From Pseudomonadota bacterium (GTDB lineage Bacteria > Bdellovibrionota_G > JALEGL01 > DATDPG01), in assembly GCA_043804515.1 (NCBI GenBank), contig JAZDIZ010000118.1, positions 1 to 44,501 of the forward strand: 44,501 nucleotides of DNA, read 5' to 3'. Below, piece after piece: positions 17,012 through 25,874 of this stretch. Numbering within the stretch: position 1 is the first letter of the stretch; the number at the start of each line of letters is the position of its first letter. The notes beneath the pieces were generated by a model. It saw only the letters and a list, made by a program, of their open reading frames with translations, was not told the DNA's origin and did not search any database. The position numbers and the translations under genes are program-made.

Positions 17012-17911
17012 TTATCGTCCGGTTCTAATCCAATCCTTGAATTGATCGGTCGTGAACCAGTCGTGCGTGAGGTCGCACAAGAGTGCCAGCCCCTGAAATA
17101 AACCAAAGGTTCTGTATCGGCGGGCGATCGTGGTGTCCTTCGGAACTTTTTTCATGCCCCAGAGTTCCTTGAGCTTCGTTCTCGCCCAACTATCCAGTCC
17201 CAGGTGATCGAAGCGTCCCAAAAACTTCAATAGGTTGTCAGCCACGTACGGCCCCGCTCCGGGAAGGGCCAGAATTTCCTTCCGGATTTCTTCCGTGGGA
17301 CGCCGCGGGTCAAGCCACTCGGAAGGGACGACGCGCCCGCTCGCGAAGAGCCGTGCCACGCAAACCAGATTCGGAGAGCGGTAACCTGCCCTGATCACCT
17401 CCCTATAAAACCTCTCCCCCTTCCCCGCCATCGTCCGCGCCGTCGGAAAAAGAGAGAACCCTTCCATTGTTTTCTCGCCCAGTTTTTCCGCAAGCCGGTC
17501 GGCCATCACGCGCGTGAGAGACCAGGCACAGTTGGTCGTGAGGATCAGCTTGATCAGATCCTCGAAGACTGATTGGGAGCGGAGAAGCCGGCCCATCCGC
17601 AGGTCCAAAGCCCACGGCCTTTCCTCCCGCCCGAGAAGCTCGTAGAAACTTCCGAGGTCGTCGTCGAGGCGGAACATCCATCTGAGATCGGCCAGCGCCC
17701 GGGACAGGAGGCGCTCTTCCGACTCGACTCTGAGTCCGCCCGGTGCCGGCCGGAGCGTTACGCGGACGGGCCGGGCCCCGGAGCGCAGCACGAGATCCAT
17801 CACGCCGCTTGTCGTGCGGACATAGAACGGCGGAAGATCGCTCCAGCCGTGGCTGAACACTACGGACTTAAATGCGTACGGGCCTTGAGCTTTGAGGATT
17901 CGCGTAAACAC
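17012..17911 (-). CDS. HhH-GPD superfamily DNA glycosylase (AlkA/Ogg-like, probably monofunctional)
   Basis: FEDLIKLILTTN, FPT, GYRS, LPGAGPYVAD HhH motif (no Lys at the lyase position), LDSW Asp. Confidence 0.8.
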   Translation of the reverse strand: MFTRILKAQGPYAFKSVVFSHGWSDLPPFYVRTTSGVMDLVLRSGARPVRVTLRPAPGGLRVESEERLLSRALADLRWMFRLDDDLGSFYELLGREERPWALDLRMGRLLRSQSVFEDLIKLILTTNCAWSLTRVMADRLAEKLGEKTMEGFSLFPTARTMAGKGERFYREVIRAGYRSPNLVCVARLFASGRVVPSEWLDPRRPTEEIRKEILALPGAGPYVADNLLKFLGRFDHLGLDSWARTKLKELWGMKKVPKDTTIARRYRTFGLFQGLALLCDLTHDWFTTDQFKDWIRTGR

Positions 17912-17917
17912 GCCGTC

Positions 17918-19330
17918 CTAAAGTCTTCGCGCGGTGGTGCGGATCAAATCCCAGGCCCGGCGGACGTCTTCCTCCGTCGTCCTCTCCTGTGAGGCGTTCA
18001 GACGCAGCGTGAACCGGCCGTTCAGCTTCGTATGCGAGAGGTAAATTTTCCCCGTCCGGTTCAGGTCGCCCAGAAGTTTCTCATTGAGCATGTTCCTGCG
18101 CATTTCGTCGGTCCCCTTGGGGGCGTACCGGAAACACACGAGCGAAAACGGACTCGGCGCGAGAATCTCAAAGTCGCCTTGATCCTCCACCCATTTCCGG
18201 AAGAGTCCCCCGAGGCGGATCGCCTCCCGGATTCTGGCCCGGATCCCTTCCTGCCCCATCGAGCGCAGAACGAACCAGAGCTTGAGCGCCCGGAATCTGC
18301 GCCCTAGCTGCAGGCCCCAATCCCTGAAGTTGACCACTTCGGGGTCGTATTGCGTCTTGAGATATTCCGGCGTGATCCCGCACGTCTTCACCAGGAGATC
18401 CGGATCCTTTACGAAAAACGCGGTGCAGTCGAAGTTCGTATAGAGCCATTTGTGCGGGTTGAAAAGAAAGGCGTCCGCAAATTCGACGCCGTTCAGGATG
18501 TGACGCAATTCCGGGAGGAGCGCGGCCGATCCCGCGAACGCGGCATCCACGTGCAGGAATATGTTCTCATCCCGGCAGAATTTTCCGATTTCCGGGAGCG
18601 GATCCACGGCCGTCGAACCGGTGGTCCCCACCGTCGCGATGACGCACGCCGGGATCAGGCCCTTCTTCCGATCCGCCGATACCGCCTCCACCAGGGCATC
18701 TTGGCGAAGGGCGAATTGTGAATCGACCGGGATCTTCACCAGGTTCTTCCGGCCGATCCCCGAGAGAAGGACGCCTTTGTCGATCGAGGAATGAGCCTCC
18801 TCGGACGCATAGACTCGAAGCCGGTCGGCTCCTTCCGCCCCCACTCCTTCCTCCTTGAAACGGAAGTTCGTCGCCCGCTCCCGGGCCATCAAGATCGCCA
18901 CCAGCGTGGCCGTCGAAGCGGTGTCCTGAATGACGCCTGCAAACTTCTCCGGAAGCTCGAGCATGGACCGGAGCCACTCCATCACGACCTGTTCGAGTTC
19001 CGTCGCGGCGGGGGAGGTCTGCCAGCTCATGCACTGCGCCCCGATTGCCGCCGTCAGGGCCTCGGCCAGAATCGACGGCTCCGAATTGTTGGCCGTAAAG
19101 TACGCGAAGAACCGGGGATGATTCCAATGAGTCATTCCCGGCGCGATCACCCGGTCAAAATCGTTCAGGATCTCCTCAAACGGCTCCCCTCGCGCCGGCG
19201 CCGTCTTGGGCAGTTTCGCCCGGATCTGCCCCGGCGTGACATCCGGCAGCACCCTCCGCTCCCGGATGGTCTCGCGATACCGGACGATCCAGTCGGCAAC
19301 CCGGTCCAACTGGCGTCGGAATTCACTCAT
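17918..19330 (-). CDS. Group II PLP-dependent aromatic L-amino acid decarboxylase
   Basis: PGMTHWNHPRFFAYF, SPAATELE, HSSIDK, HVDAAFAG, FNPHKWL (PLP Lys), LGRRFRALKLWF. Confidence 0.93.
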   Translation of the reverse strand: MSEFRRQLDRVADWIVRYRETIRERRVLPDVTPGQIRAKLPKTAPARGEPFEEILNDFDRVIAPGMTHWNHPRFFAYFTANNSEPSILAEALTAAIGAQCMSWQTSPAATELEQVVMEWLRSMLELPEKFAGVIQDTASTATLVAILMARERATNFRFKEEGVGAEGADRLRVYASEEAHSSIDKGVLLSGIGRKNLVKIPVDSQFALRQDALVEAVSADRKKGLIPACVIATVGTTGSTAVDPLPEIGKFCRDENIFLHVDAAFAGSAALLPELRHILNGVEFADAFLFNPHKWLYTNFDCTAFFVKDPDLLVKTCGITPEYLKTQYDPEVVNFRDWGLQLGRRFRALKLWFVLRSMGQEGIRARIREAIRLGGLFRKWVEDQGDFEILAPSPFSLVCFRYAPKGTDEMRRNMLNEKLLGDLNRTGKIYLSHTKLNGRFTLRLNASQERTTEEDVRRAWDLIRTTARRL

Positions 19331-19355
19331 CGCGGGGATGCTAGCAGGATGTGGA

Positions 19356-19477
19356 AATTGGGGACACGTACCAATTCCTGAAGATTACCTTCTTGAAATA
19401 CGCCAGACACTCGGTGAAGTCGGGTCGGGTTCCCGAACCAGGCCGAGACTTTTTGAAATAGGTACGTGTCCCCAATT
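19356..19477. repeat. 122-bp element bounded by perfect 17-bp inverted repeats (MITE/REP-like)
   Basis: AATTGGGGACACGTACC (19356-19372) and GGTACGTGTCCCCAATT (19461-19477). Confidence 0.8.
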
Positions 19478-19619
19478 AACCCGCACCTGGCACATTTTGC
19501 GTACGGCACTACGAAACAAATGTTACAATATGGATGAGTCGGCTTCAGTCTGTGTGACAGAACCACATAATATCTAATTATTTCAAAATGTTAGCACGTG
19601 CGTCATGGTGAACTCAAGT

Positions 19620-19635
19620 TGGCATAGAGCCTGCT
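19620..19635 (+). promoter_or_regulatory. Sigma-54 (-24/-12) promoter with upstream IHF-like site
   Basis: TGGCATAGAGCCTGCT (GG-N10-GC); TTTCAAAATGTTA at 19581-19593 is one mismatch from WATCAANNNNTTR, in an AT-rich tract. Confidence 0.6.
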
Positions 19636-19660
19636 TCTGATCACACTGGGTAGGCGCTCG

Positions 19661-21373
19661 GTGTCCCAGGACAAGAAACTTGAGAAGGAAAAGACGGTCG
19701 CCGACAGGGACTTGCGCACGGAGCCCGAACGCAGTGTCTCCAGCGAAAAACACGCCCGAAATGTGACGTATTTTCGCTGTCTCGGATGCGGTTTCGAATT
19801 CTCGCTTCCGGACACCGCCTACGAGGATGAGCCGTATACCTCCAACTGCCTGGAATGCGACCGGGCCATCTCGATCCAGACCGTTCAGTCCCAGAGCAGC
19901 ATGGACGTCATCGAATTGTTCGGGTGCGAATACGGCCGGCGGGGCCTGGATGTGACGGGTTCGCTGGAGTCGGCGCAACCAGCTTCCTCCGAACAGATTT
20001 TGAGCTGGATCAAGGACCAAGCCGGGGAGGCACAAGCCGAGATCCGGCCCGACCCCTTCAGCAGCCAAGCCACTTTCATCGACGGGCTGGTCTCCAAGTG
20101 GCTGGTCACGAAAAAGAAGGGCAAGACTTACGAATTCGAATATTTCGCCGCCCTGAGGAACGCGATCGAAGACGGCCGGGTCTCTCCTGACGATAAAATC
20201 ACGGCTCCGGACGGCGTGAAGTACAAGGTCTCCGAGTATCCCGGAACCGCCGACCTCTTCGGAAACCGGGAATCCAATCGTACCGGAGGCGTTGCGGGGC
20301 CTGCGAGTAGGCGCACAGGCACGCGGTGGGAGAAGGTCGTCAACAACGTTTACCGCATCGTCCTGGTCGGTCTCGTATTCGCTTCCCTCGCCTCGACCGT
20401 TTATTGGGGCCCGAAATACTATGCGAAGTGGCGGCAGTTTCAGGGCGAACAGCTGGTCAAGCGCCTGACGTCAAATACTTCGGTGGCGCCCGGCGAGACG
20501 TTCGAAACGGTTTGGCGGGACGCCAAGAGGCTGCTCAAAACAGGTGACCCGGAGCTCATCTCTGACGCGTCCCGTCAGCTTGAAAAGGCTTTGTTGCTCC
20601 GGCCGCGCGCGATCGACGTGGTTTCGGCCCTGGCCGAAAGCCTGACCGAACTGGGCGCGCTCACAGCGGACCGACTTGACCTGGCCAATGCGAAAAAGCT
20701 TGTGGACTACGCCAAGAATTTGGATCCCCAAGCCGGTGCGACCGTACGCGCCGAAGCCCACCTCCTTTGGAAAACGGGACGCGCGCGGGAGGGCATCGCG
20801 CGAATGGAGAGCGAGCCTGAGGATTTTCTCAGGGATCCCGCGAACGTATACCTGCTGGCCCGGATGGAGATGGACGCCCAGAACTATAACCGGGCCGCGC
20901 TTCACCTCAACCAAGCGCTCCGGGCTTCACCTTCCAGCGTGATGTACCTCACTTCCTTTTCGGAACTGAACGAGCGGCAAGGAAAATTCGACCAAGCCGC
21001 CTTGTACTTGGAAAAAGCCCAGGCTGTTTCGCGCGATCCCTCGGCATTCACGGAGCGGCTGGCTGATCTTTTTATGAAGGCGAAGGAAGTCGATTCCGCG
21101 GCCCAGGTATACCGCCGCGCGATTCGGAGGGGCGAAACCACGGAGAAGAATTACCTTGGGCTTGTGCGTGTCTTGGCGTCGGCCGGCAGAAATCAGGAGA
21201 CCATTACGGCCAGTCTCCAGTATCTCACTACCTTCCCCGCCGGTGCGCACTCCCAAGAGATCCAAGAGGTTTACAGGAAGTCGCTGGCCGCTATCGACCC
21301 GACCGTGAGTTCCGGAACCGAGGCTGCGGGCGGCCCCCCGGCTCGTCGCCGTTCGCCTCTGTCGCGGCGTTGA
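19661..21373 (+). CDS. Zn-ribbon + GYF_2-like + TM + TPR protein
   Basis: CLGC...CLEC, W.V....GKTYEF...IEDGRVSPDDKI, TM IVLVGLVFASLASTVYW, then multiple TPR-like helices. Confidence 0.75.
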   Translation: MSQDKKLEKEKTVADRDLRTEPERSVSSEKHARNVTYFRCLGCGFEFSLPDTAYEDEPYTSNCLECDRAISIQTVQSQSSMDVIELFGCEYGRRGLDVTGSLESAQPASSEQILSWIKDQAGEAQAEIRPDPFSSQATFIDGLVSKWLVTKKKGKTYEFEYFAALRNAIEDGRVSPDDKITAPDGVKYKVSEYPGTADLFGNRESNRTGGVAGPASRRTGTRWEKVVNNVYRIVLVGLVFASLASTVYWGPKYYAKWRQFQGEQLVKRLTSNTSVAPGETFETVWRDAKRLLKTGDPELISDASRQLEKALLLRPRAIDVVSALAESLTELGALTADRLDLANAKKLVDYAKNLDPQAGATVRAEAHLLWKTGRAREGIARMESEPEDFLRDPANVYLLARMEMDAQNYNRAALHLNQALRASPSSVMYLTSFSELNERQGKFDQAALYLEKAQAVSRDPSAFTERLADLFMKAKEVDSAAQVYRRAIRRGETTEKNYLGLVRVLASAGRNQETITASLQYLTTFPAGAHSQEIQEVYRKSLAAIDPTVSSGTEAAGGPPARRRSPLSRR

Positions 21374-21375
21374 AT

Positions 21376-22800
21376 CTAGACTAAATCCAAGGTCTCTCTC
21401 GATTCCAGATAGCTCCGGTACGCTTCAATCGTATCTTGGGTTCTTTCGTCGATCTTTGCCCGGAGGCGCTGGAGGACCTCGCGGCTTCCACGCAACACTT
21501 GGGCGGCCTCCTTCCGCTTCAGTTCGAAGAGCGCGCAGTCACTGGCGGCCCGTACCGTCGCCATCCGGGGTTTCCCGGTGAGCATGGCTACTTCGCCGAA
21601 ATAATCCCCGGGTCCCAGCTCTCCGACCACGATCCTTTCTCCCGTGGCCGGCGTCATGAGAACCGATACGGAACCCGTCTTGATGAAGTACATTTCCTCT
21701 CCCTCGGATCCCTGCACGATGATGGTTTCACCTGCTCCTGCGTCTCTTGGCCGGAGAACCGCTATCAGATTTGAGCGTTCTGTGGGGGTAAGAACCCGAA
21801 ACACGGGCGACTTGGCGAGGATGTTGTTCAAGATCCGCTGGCGGAGGTATTCGTGAAGGATGGACCGGATCCGAGGATGCCGCCCTGCAATAGCTTCCAG
21901 GTCCGCTGATGTGATCTCCAAGAGCTCTGCGTCGGTTCTCGCTTCGACCGATGCATTCCTGCGCTCGTTGGTAAGAAGCCCAAACTCGCCAAAAAAGTCT
22001 CCACCCCGAAGTCTCGCCAGAAAGACACGGGCGCCGTCGGCATCGCGGGTGAAAACTTCCAGTTCCCCGTCGGCCACAATGAACATGGACCGCCCGGGAT
22101 CTCCTTCGCCGCACACAAGCGTCCCCGGTGGACACCAGCGGATCGTGAGGCGGTCGAGGAAGGCATGAAACTCTTCCACGGTCATATCCGAGAAAAGCGG
22201 AACATTTTTGAGCCCGGTCCGGGGCGTCCCCAGGGTTCGTGCGTGGTCCGCTTTCCAATCACCCGATTCACCCACTTCGATCTTCTCCGCAAGGTCGTGC
22301 TCTTCGAATTCAACCAGGTTCCCCATCATCCACGACTGCGCCGGTTCCACGGAACCCTCCGGCTCGGTCTCTGAAATCGAAGGTGACACGCTTTCGATCG
22401 TTGTCTCGAGGATTTCCGAAGTTGTGGGGCTTCTGAACTCCGGGTCGGTCCTGGAGGCTGTTTCCGTTCGCGCCGCCATCATTTGCGCCAGCTTCCTCTG
22501 GATCGAGATGTCCCCCGGATCCATCTCCAGGATCATTTTGTTCAGGGCGATGGCTTTGGCCCAGAAGCCTTGGCCCGCATAAAGAACCGCCACTTTTTTG
22601 AGCGCTTCCACCGCTTCCGCTTTTTCTCCGAACCGTCGGTGAAGATCGCCGATCCGCTTGAGAACGGACGGGTCGTTCGAAAGCTCCTGTCCGAGCTTTA
22701 GGTAAAGGGTCAATGCTTTGGCCCACTTTTGGGTCGCGAAGGCTTGTTCCGCTTTCTCCTTGAGGTCGCGGATGTGTGGAGCGAGTTTCGGCGCCGGCAT
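21376..22800 (-). CDS. TPR + tandem cyclic-nucleotide-binding domain protein
   Basis: N-terminal TPR helices; two cNMP cassettes FFGEFGLLTNERRNASV and YFGEVAMLTGKPRMATV; no HTH. Confidence 0.88.
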   Translation of the reverse strand: MPAPKLAPHIRDLKEKAEQAFATQKWAKALTLYLKLGQELSNDPSVLKRIGDLHRRFGEKAEAVEALKKVAVLYAGQGFWAKAIALNKMILEMDPGDISIQRKLAQMMAARTETASRTDPEFRSPTTSEILETTIESVSPSISETEPEGSVEPAQSWMMGNLVEFEEHDLAEKIEVGESGDWKADHARTLGTPRTGLKNVPLFSDMTVEEFHAFLDRLTIRWCPPGTLVCGEGDPGRSMFIVADGELEVFTRDADGARVFLARLRGGDFFGEFGLLTNERRNASVEARTDAELLEITSADLEAIAGRHPRIRSILHEYLRQRILNNILAKSPVFRVLTPTERSNLIAVLRPRDAGAGETIIVQGSEGEEMYFIKTGSVSVLMTPATGERIVVGELGPGDYFGEVAMLTGKPRMATVRAASDCALFELKRKEAAQVLRGSREVLQRLRAKIDERTQDTIEAYRSYLESRETLDLV

Positions 22801-22809
22801 GCACCGCTG

Positions 22810-22838
22810 AGTCTATGAAGTCACGGCTCCCTTGTCCA
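22810..22838 (-). promoter_or_regulatory. Sigma-70-type promoter
   Basis: TGGACA-17 nt-TAGACT, 9 nt before ATG 22800. Confidence 0.55.
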
Positions 22839-22860
22839 TTCCGAGGCCTCCCACGGCGTT

Positions 22861-23049
22861 TTATTCGGATCTGTTAAGGCTGCGAATGAATCCGATCAAA
22901 ACGCAAAGCTCGCCGTAAGCGGTGAGCCTCTCCCTTTCTCGGGCTTCCTTTGTTGGGAGACGAAACAGCGCGTGTCCCAATACAAGAGGGACGCCGCCCG
23001 CAATGAGCAGTCTCGGCTCGCCCCTCCGACGGTCATCGAAATGGTCCAT
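22861..23049 (-). CDS. Small hypothetical protein (62 aa)
   Basis: GAGGGGG Shine-Dalgarno-like sequence just upstream of the ATG and its own candidate promoter; no recognisable domain. Confidence 0.45.
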   Translation of the reverse strand: MDHFDDRRRGEPRLLIAGGVPLVLGHALFRLPTKEARERERLTAYGELCVLIGFIRSLNRSE

Positions 23050-23069
23050 GATTTCCCCCCCTCAAATTC

Positions 23070-23085
23070 TAAGGATTAATCCTTA
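23070..23085. promoter_or_regulatory. Perfect 16-bp palindrome, candidate operator
   Basis: TAAGGATTAATCCTTA equals its own reverse complement. Confidence 0.6.
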
Positions 23086-23125
23086 AACGTGACCGTGGAG
23101 CCCAACAGCCGCCACAATCAACCCC

Positions 23126-23153
23126 TTCATATCAATTAACGCGATGATGTCAA
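23126..23153 (-). promoter_or_regulatory. Sigma-70-type promoter for the small ORF
   Basis: TTGACA-16 nt-TATGAA with an extended TG. Confidence 0.5.
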
Positions 23154-23353
23154 ATATTGCCGCGCGAGCGTCATAACGCGCCGCTCCCTATCTATACGGA
23201 AGATCAGCCCGCCGTCTCCGGGCGCTCGGATGTAAAGGCGCTAACGCCAAGGTCTCCGGCCGACGGGCTGGGGGTCCCCGCGGCGAGGACCAACGGACCG
23301 CAGCCCGTGGGGGTGCACAGCCCGGCGGCCCTTAATCAACTGCCGCAGCGGCG

Positions 23354-24544
23354 CTAATCCACCTGCTTTCGGAGGAACGTCGGGATGTCGTACTCGTCCT
23401 CGTCGAACGTCTCCAACCCCAGTTCCTTCGCGCGCTTTCGGAACTCCAGCGTGTCGATGTCGCGCTTCTTGAGAAGCGACGGCACGAAGGGCTCCAGTTC
23501 CTCGTCGTGCACCGCCGGGACCCTGATCACCGGCTTGGGCGCCGTGACCACCGTCTTCTGGTGGACCATCGGCTGTGCAAACTCGTGCTGCTGCTTGCCG
23601 AAGCCCGTCGCGATCACCGTAATGCGGAGATTGTCTCCCATCTTCTCGTCGATCACGGCGCCGAAGATGATGTTGGCCTCCTCGTGCGCGGCCTCCTGGA
23701 TCATCACGGCGCATTCGTTCACTTCGTGCAGCGTCATGTTCGAGCTGCCGGTGATATTGAACAGGATGCCCGTTGCGCCGCTGATGTCGATGTCCTCCAA
23801 GAGAGGTGACGAGATCGCCCGCTGTGCCGCCTCGATCGCTCTCCGCTCTCCCGACGCCTGCCCCGCGCCCATCATGGCCATTCCCTGGCCGTTCATGATC
23901 GTCTTGACGTCCGCGAAGTCCAGGTTGATGAGCCCCGGTGTCGTGATCAGATCGCTGATCCCCTGCACGGCATGGAGCAGCACCTCGTCCGCCTTCTTGA
24001 ACGCGTCCAGGATCGACGTGGCTTCGCCCGCCAGGTTGATGAGCCTCTGGTTGGGGATGATGATGAGCGTATCCACGTTGGCCTTGAGCTCTTCGATCCC
24101 CATCTCGGCGTACTGCCGTCGCTTCTTTCCTTCGAACACGAACGGCTTCGTCACGACGCCGATCGTCAGGGCTCCGCACTCTCTCGCCACTTGCGCGACG
24201 ACCGGCGTGGCTCCCGTTCCGGTCCCGCCTCCCATCCCGGCGGTGACGAAAACCATGTCGGCCCCGTTCACGGCGGCCGCGATCTGCTCCCGGTCTTCCA
24301 ACGCCGCTTCGCGCCCGATTTCCGGGTTCGCCCCGGCCCCGAGCCCCTTTGTGAGCGTCGCCCCCATCTGGATTTTCGAATCCGCCCGGGATGAGGACAA
24401 CGCCTGAAGGTCGGTGTTCATGGCGATGAAATCCACGCCTGAGAGGCCGGACGTGATCATCGTGTTGATGGCGTTTCCGCCTCCCCCTCCGACTCCGACG
24501 ACTTTGATCTTTGCTACGTTCTCGTTTTCTACGAACTCAAACAT
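23354..24544 (-). CDS. ftsZ: Cell division protein FtsZ
   Basis: [23 protein letters not shown]-terminal [15 protein letters not shown] supports ATG 24544. Confidence 0.99.
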   Translation of the reverse strand: MFEFVENENVAKIKVVGVGGGGGNAINTMITSGLSGVDFIAMNTDLQALSSSRADSKIQMGATLTKGLGAGANPEIGREAALEDREQIAAAVNGADMVFVTAGMGGGTGTGATPVVAQVARECGALTIGVVTKPFVFEGKKRRQYAEMGIEELKANVDTLIIIPNQRLINLAGEATSILDAFKKADEVLLHAVQGISDLITTPGLINLDFADVKTIMNGQGMAMMGAGQASGERRAIEAAQRAISSPLLEDIDISGATGILFNITGSSNMTLHEVNECAVMIQEAAHEEANIIFGAVIDEKMGDNLRITVIATGFGKQQHEFAQPMVHQKTVVTAPKPVIRVPAVHDEELEPFVPSLLKKRDIDTLEFRKRAKELGLETFDEDEYDIPTFLRKQVD

Positions 24545-24598
24545 GTTTTTCTCCTCCATTGATCTTGAAGCCATAACTTTGTGTCCCCCGTCCCTGGT

Positions 24599-25828
24599 TT
24601 AAAAAAACTCCCCGAACCATTGCCGCATCCGGTTCGCCACCCTCGCGTAGACGGTGTTCTCGTCCGTCTTCGCCCGAACCGGCCGAGCCGCCTCCTTTGC
24701 TCCGAACACCACGAGCCCGACGGCCGTGGAGTAGATCGGGCTTGAAACCACATCCACCAACCCCCCGATTCCGTGCGGGATCCCCCGCCGTACGGGAAGG
24801 TCGAAGACGCGTTCGGCCAGCTCCACCGCTCCTTCCAGGAGCGACGAACCGCCGGTCAGAACGATTCCTGAAGCCAGGACATCCAGGTAACCGGCTTTCT
24901 CGATTTCCCGTTTCGCCAGCATGAGGATCTCCTCCATGCGCGGCTCGATAATCTCGGCCAGAAGCTGCCTCGAGATCATTCTGGGCTTGCGCCCACCCAC
25001 GCTGGGAACCTCGATCATGTCCTCGCGGCTCACGAGGCTCGCCATCCCGCACCCGTACCGGTGCTTGATCTGCTCCGCCTCGTTGGTGGGCGTCCGGATC
25101 CCCACGGCGATGTCGTTCGTGAGATGGTTCCCCCCCAGCGCCAGGACCGCGGTGTGTTTGATCGAACCTTGCGAGAAGATGATGATGTCGGTGGTTCCCC
25201 CGCCGATGTCGATCATCGCCACTCCGAGCTCCCGCTCGTCCGCCGTCAGGACCGCCTGGCTGGAAGCCAGCTGCTCCAGGACGATGTCCGATACGTGCAA
25301 GCCGCAGCGGTGTGCGCACTTCACGATGTTCTGGGCGGAAGTGACCGACCCGGTCACGATATGGACTTTAGCCTCCAACCGCACGCCCGACATCCCGACC
25401 GGATCCCGGATCCCGTCCTGATCGTCCACCACGAATTCCTGCGGGATCACATGCAGCGTCTCGCGGTCCGTGGGAATCGCAACGGCCCGGGCCGCTTCGA
25501 CCACCCGATCCACGTCCTGGGGGCGCACCTCCTTGTCTTTGATCGCCACGATCCCGTGGCTGTTGAAGCCCCGGATGTGGCCGCCCGCGATCCCCGCGTA
25601 CACCGAGTGGATCTCGCATCCCGCCATCAGCTCGGCTTCCTCCACGGCCTTCTGGATCGAATGCACCGTCGAGTCGATGTTGATGACGACGCCTTTCCTC
25701 AGGCCGCGCGACGGGTACGTGCCGATGCCGACGATGTCGATTCCGTCGTTCGTCATCTCCCCCACGATGGCGCAGATTTTCGTCGTGCCGATGTCCAGTC
25801 CGACGATCAAGTTGTCCCTCTTTCCCAT
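24599..25828 (-). CDS. ftsA: Cell division protein FtsA
   Basis: GLDIGTTKI, DIGGGTTD, LTGGSS, C-terminal amphipathic WFGEFF. Confidence 0.99.
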   Translation of the reverse strand: MGKRDNLIVGLDIGTTKICAIVGEMTNDGIDIVGIGTYPSRGLRKGVVINIDSTVHSIQKAVEEAELMAGCEIHSVYAGIAGGHIRGFNSHGIVAIKDKEVRPQDVDRVVEAARAVAIPTDRETLHVIPQEFVVDDQDGIRDPVGMSGVRLEAKVHIVTGSVTSAQNIVKCAHRCGLHVSDIVLEQLASSQAVLTADERELGVAMIDIGGGTTDIIIFSQGSIKHTAVLALGGNHLTNDIAVGIRTPTNEAEQIKHRYGCGMASLVSREDMIEVPSVGGRKPRMISRQLLAEIIEPRMEEILMLAKREIEKAGYLDVLASGIVLTGGSSLLEGAVELAERVFDLPVRRGIPHGIGGLVDVVSSPIYSTAVGLVVFGAKEAARPVRAKTDENTVYARVANRMRQWFGEFF

Positions 25829-25874
25829 GACTACGTTCTCCTCTCCAAAGTCCGCCGAAGCGGTTGAAACAGCA

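Noticed and set aside
19488..19500. TGGCACATTTTGC as a second sigma-54 site
   Set aside because: GG-to-GC spacing is 8 nt, not the required 10.
19327..19566. 79-aa Cys-rich minus-strand ORF (CNIC...CARC) across the inverted-repeat element
   Set aside because: Overlaps promoter and repeat elements and lacks supporting signals; probably chance, though a tBLASTn would settle it.
23200..23320. c-di-GMP-I or glycine riboswitch resemblance
   Set aside because: Core motifs (GCAAA...GNRA tetraloop/receptor; CCGAAG...CTCAGG) are not present.
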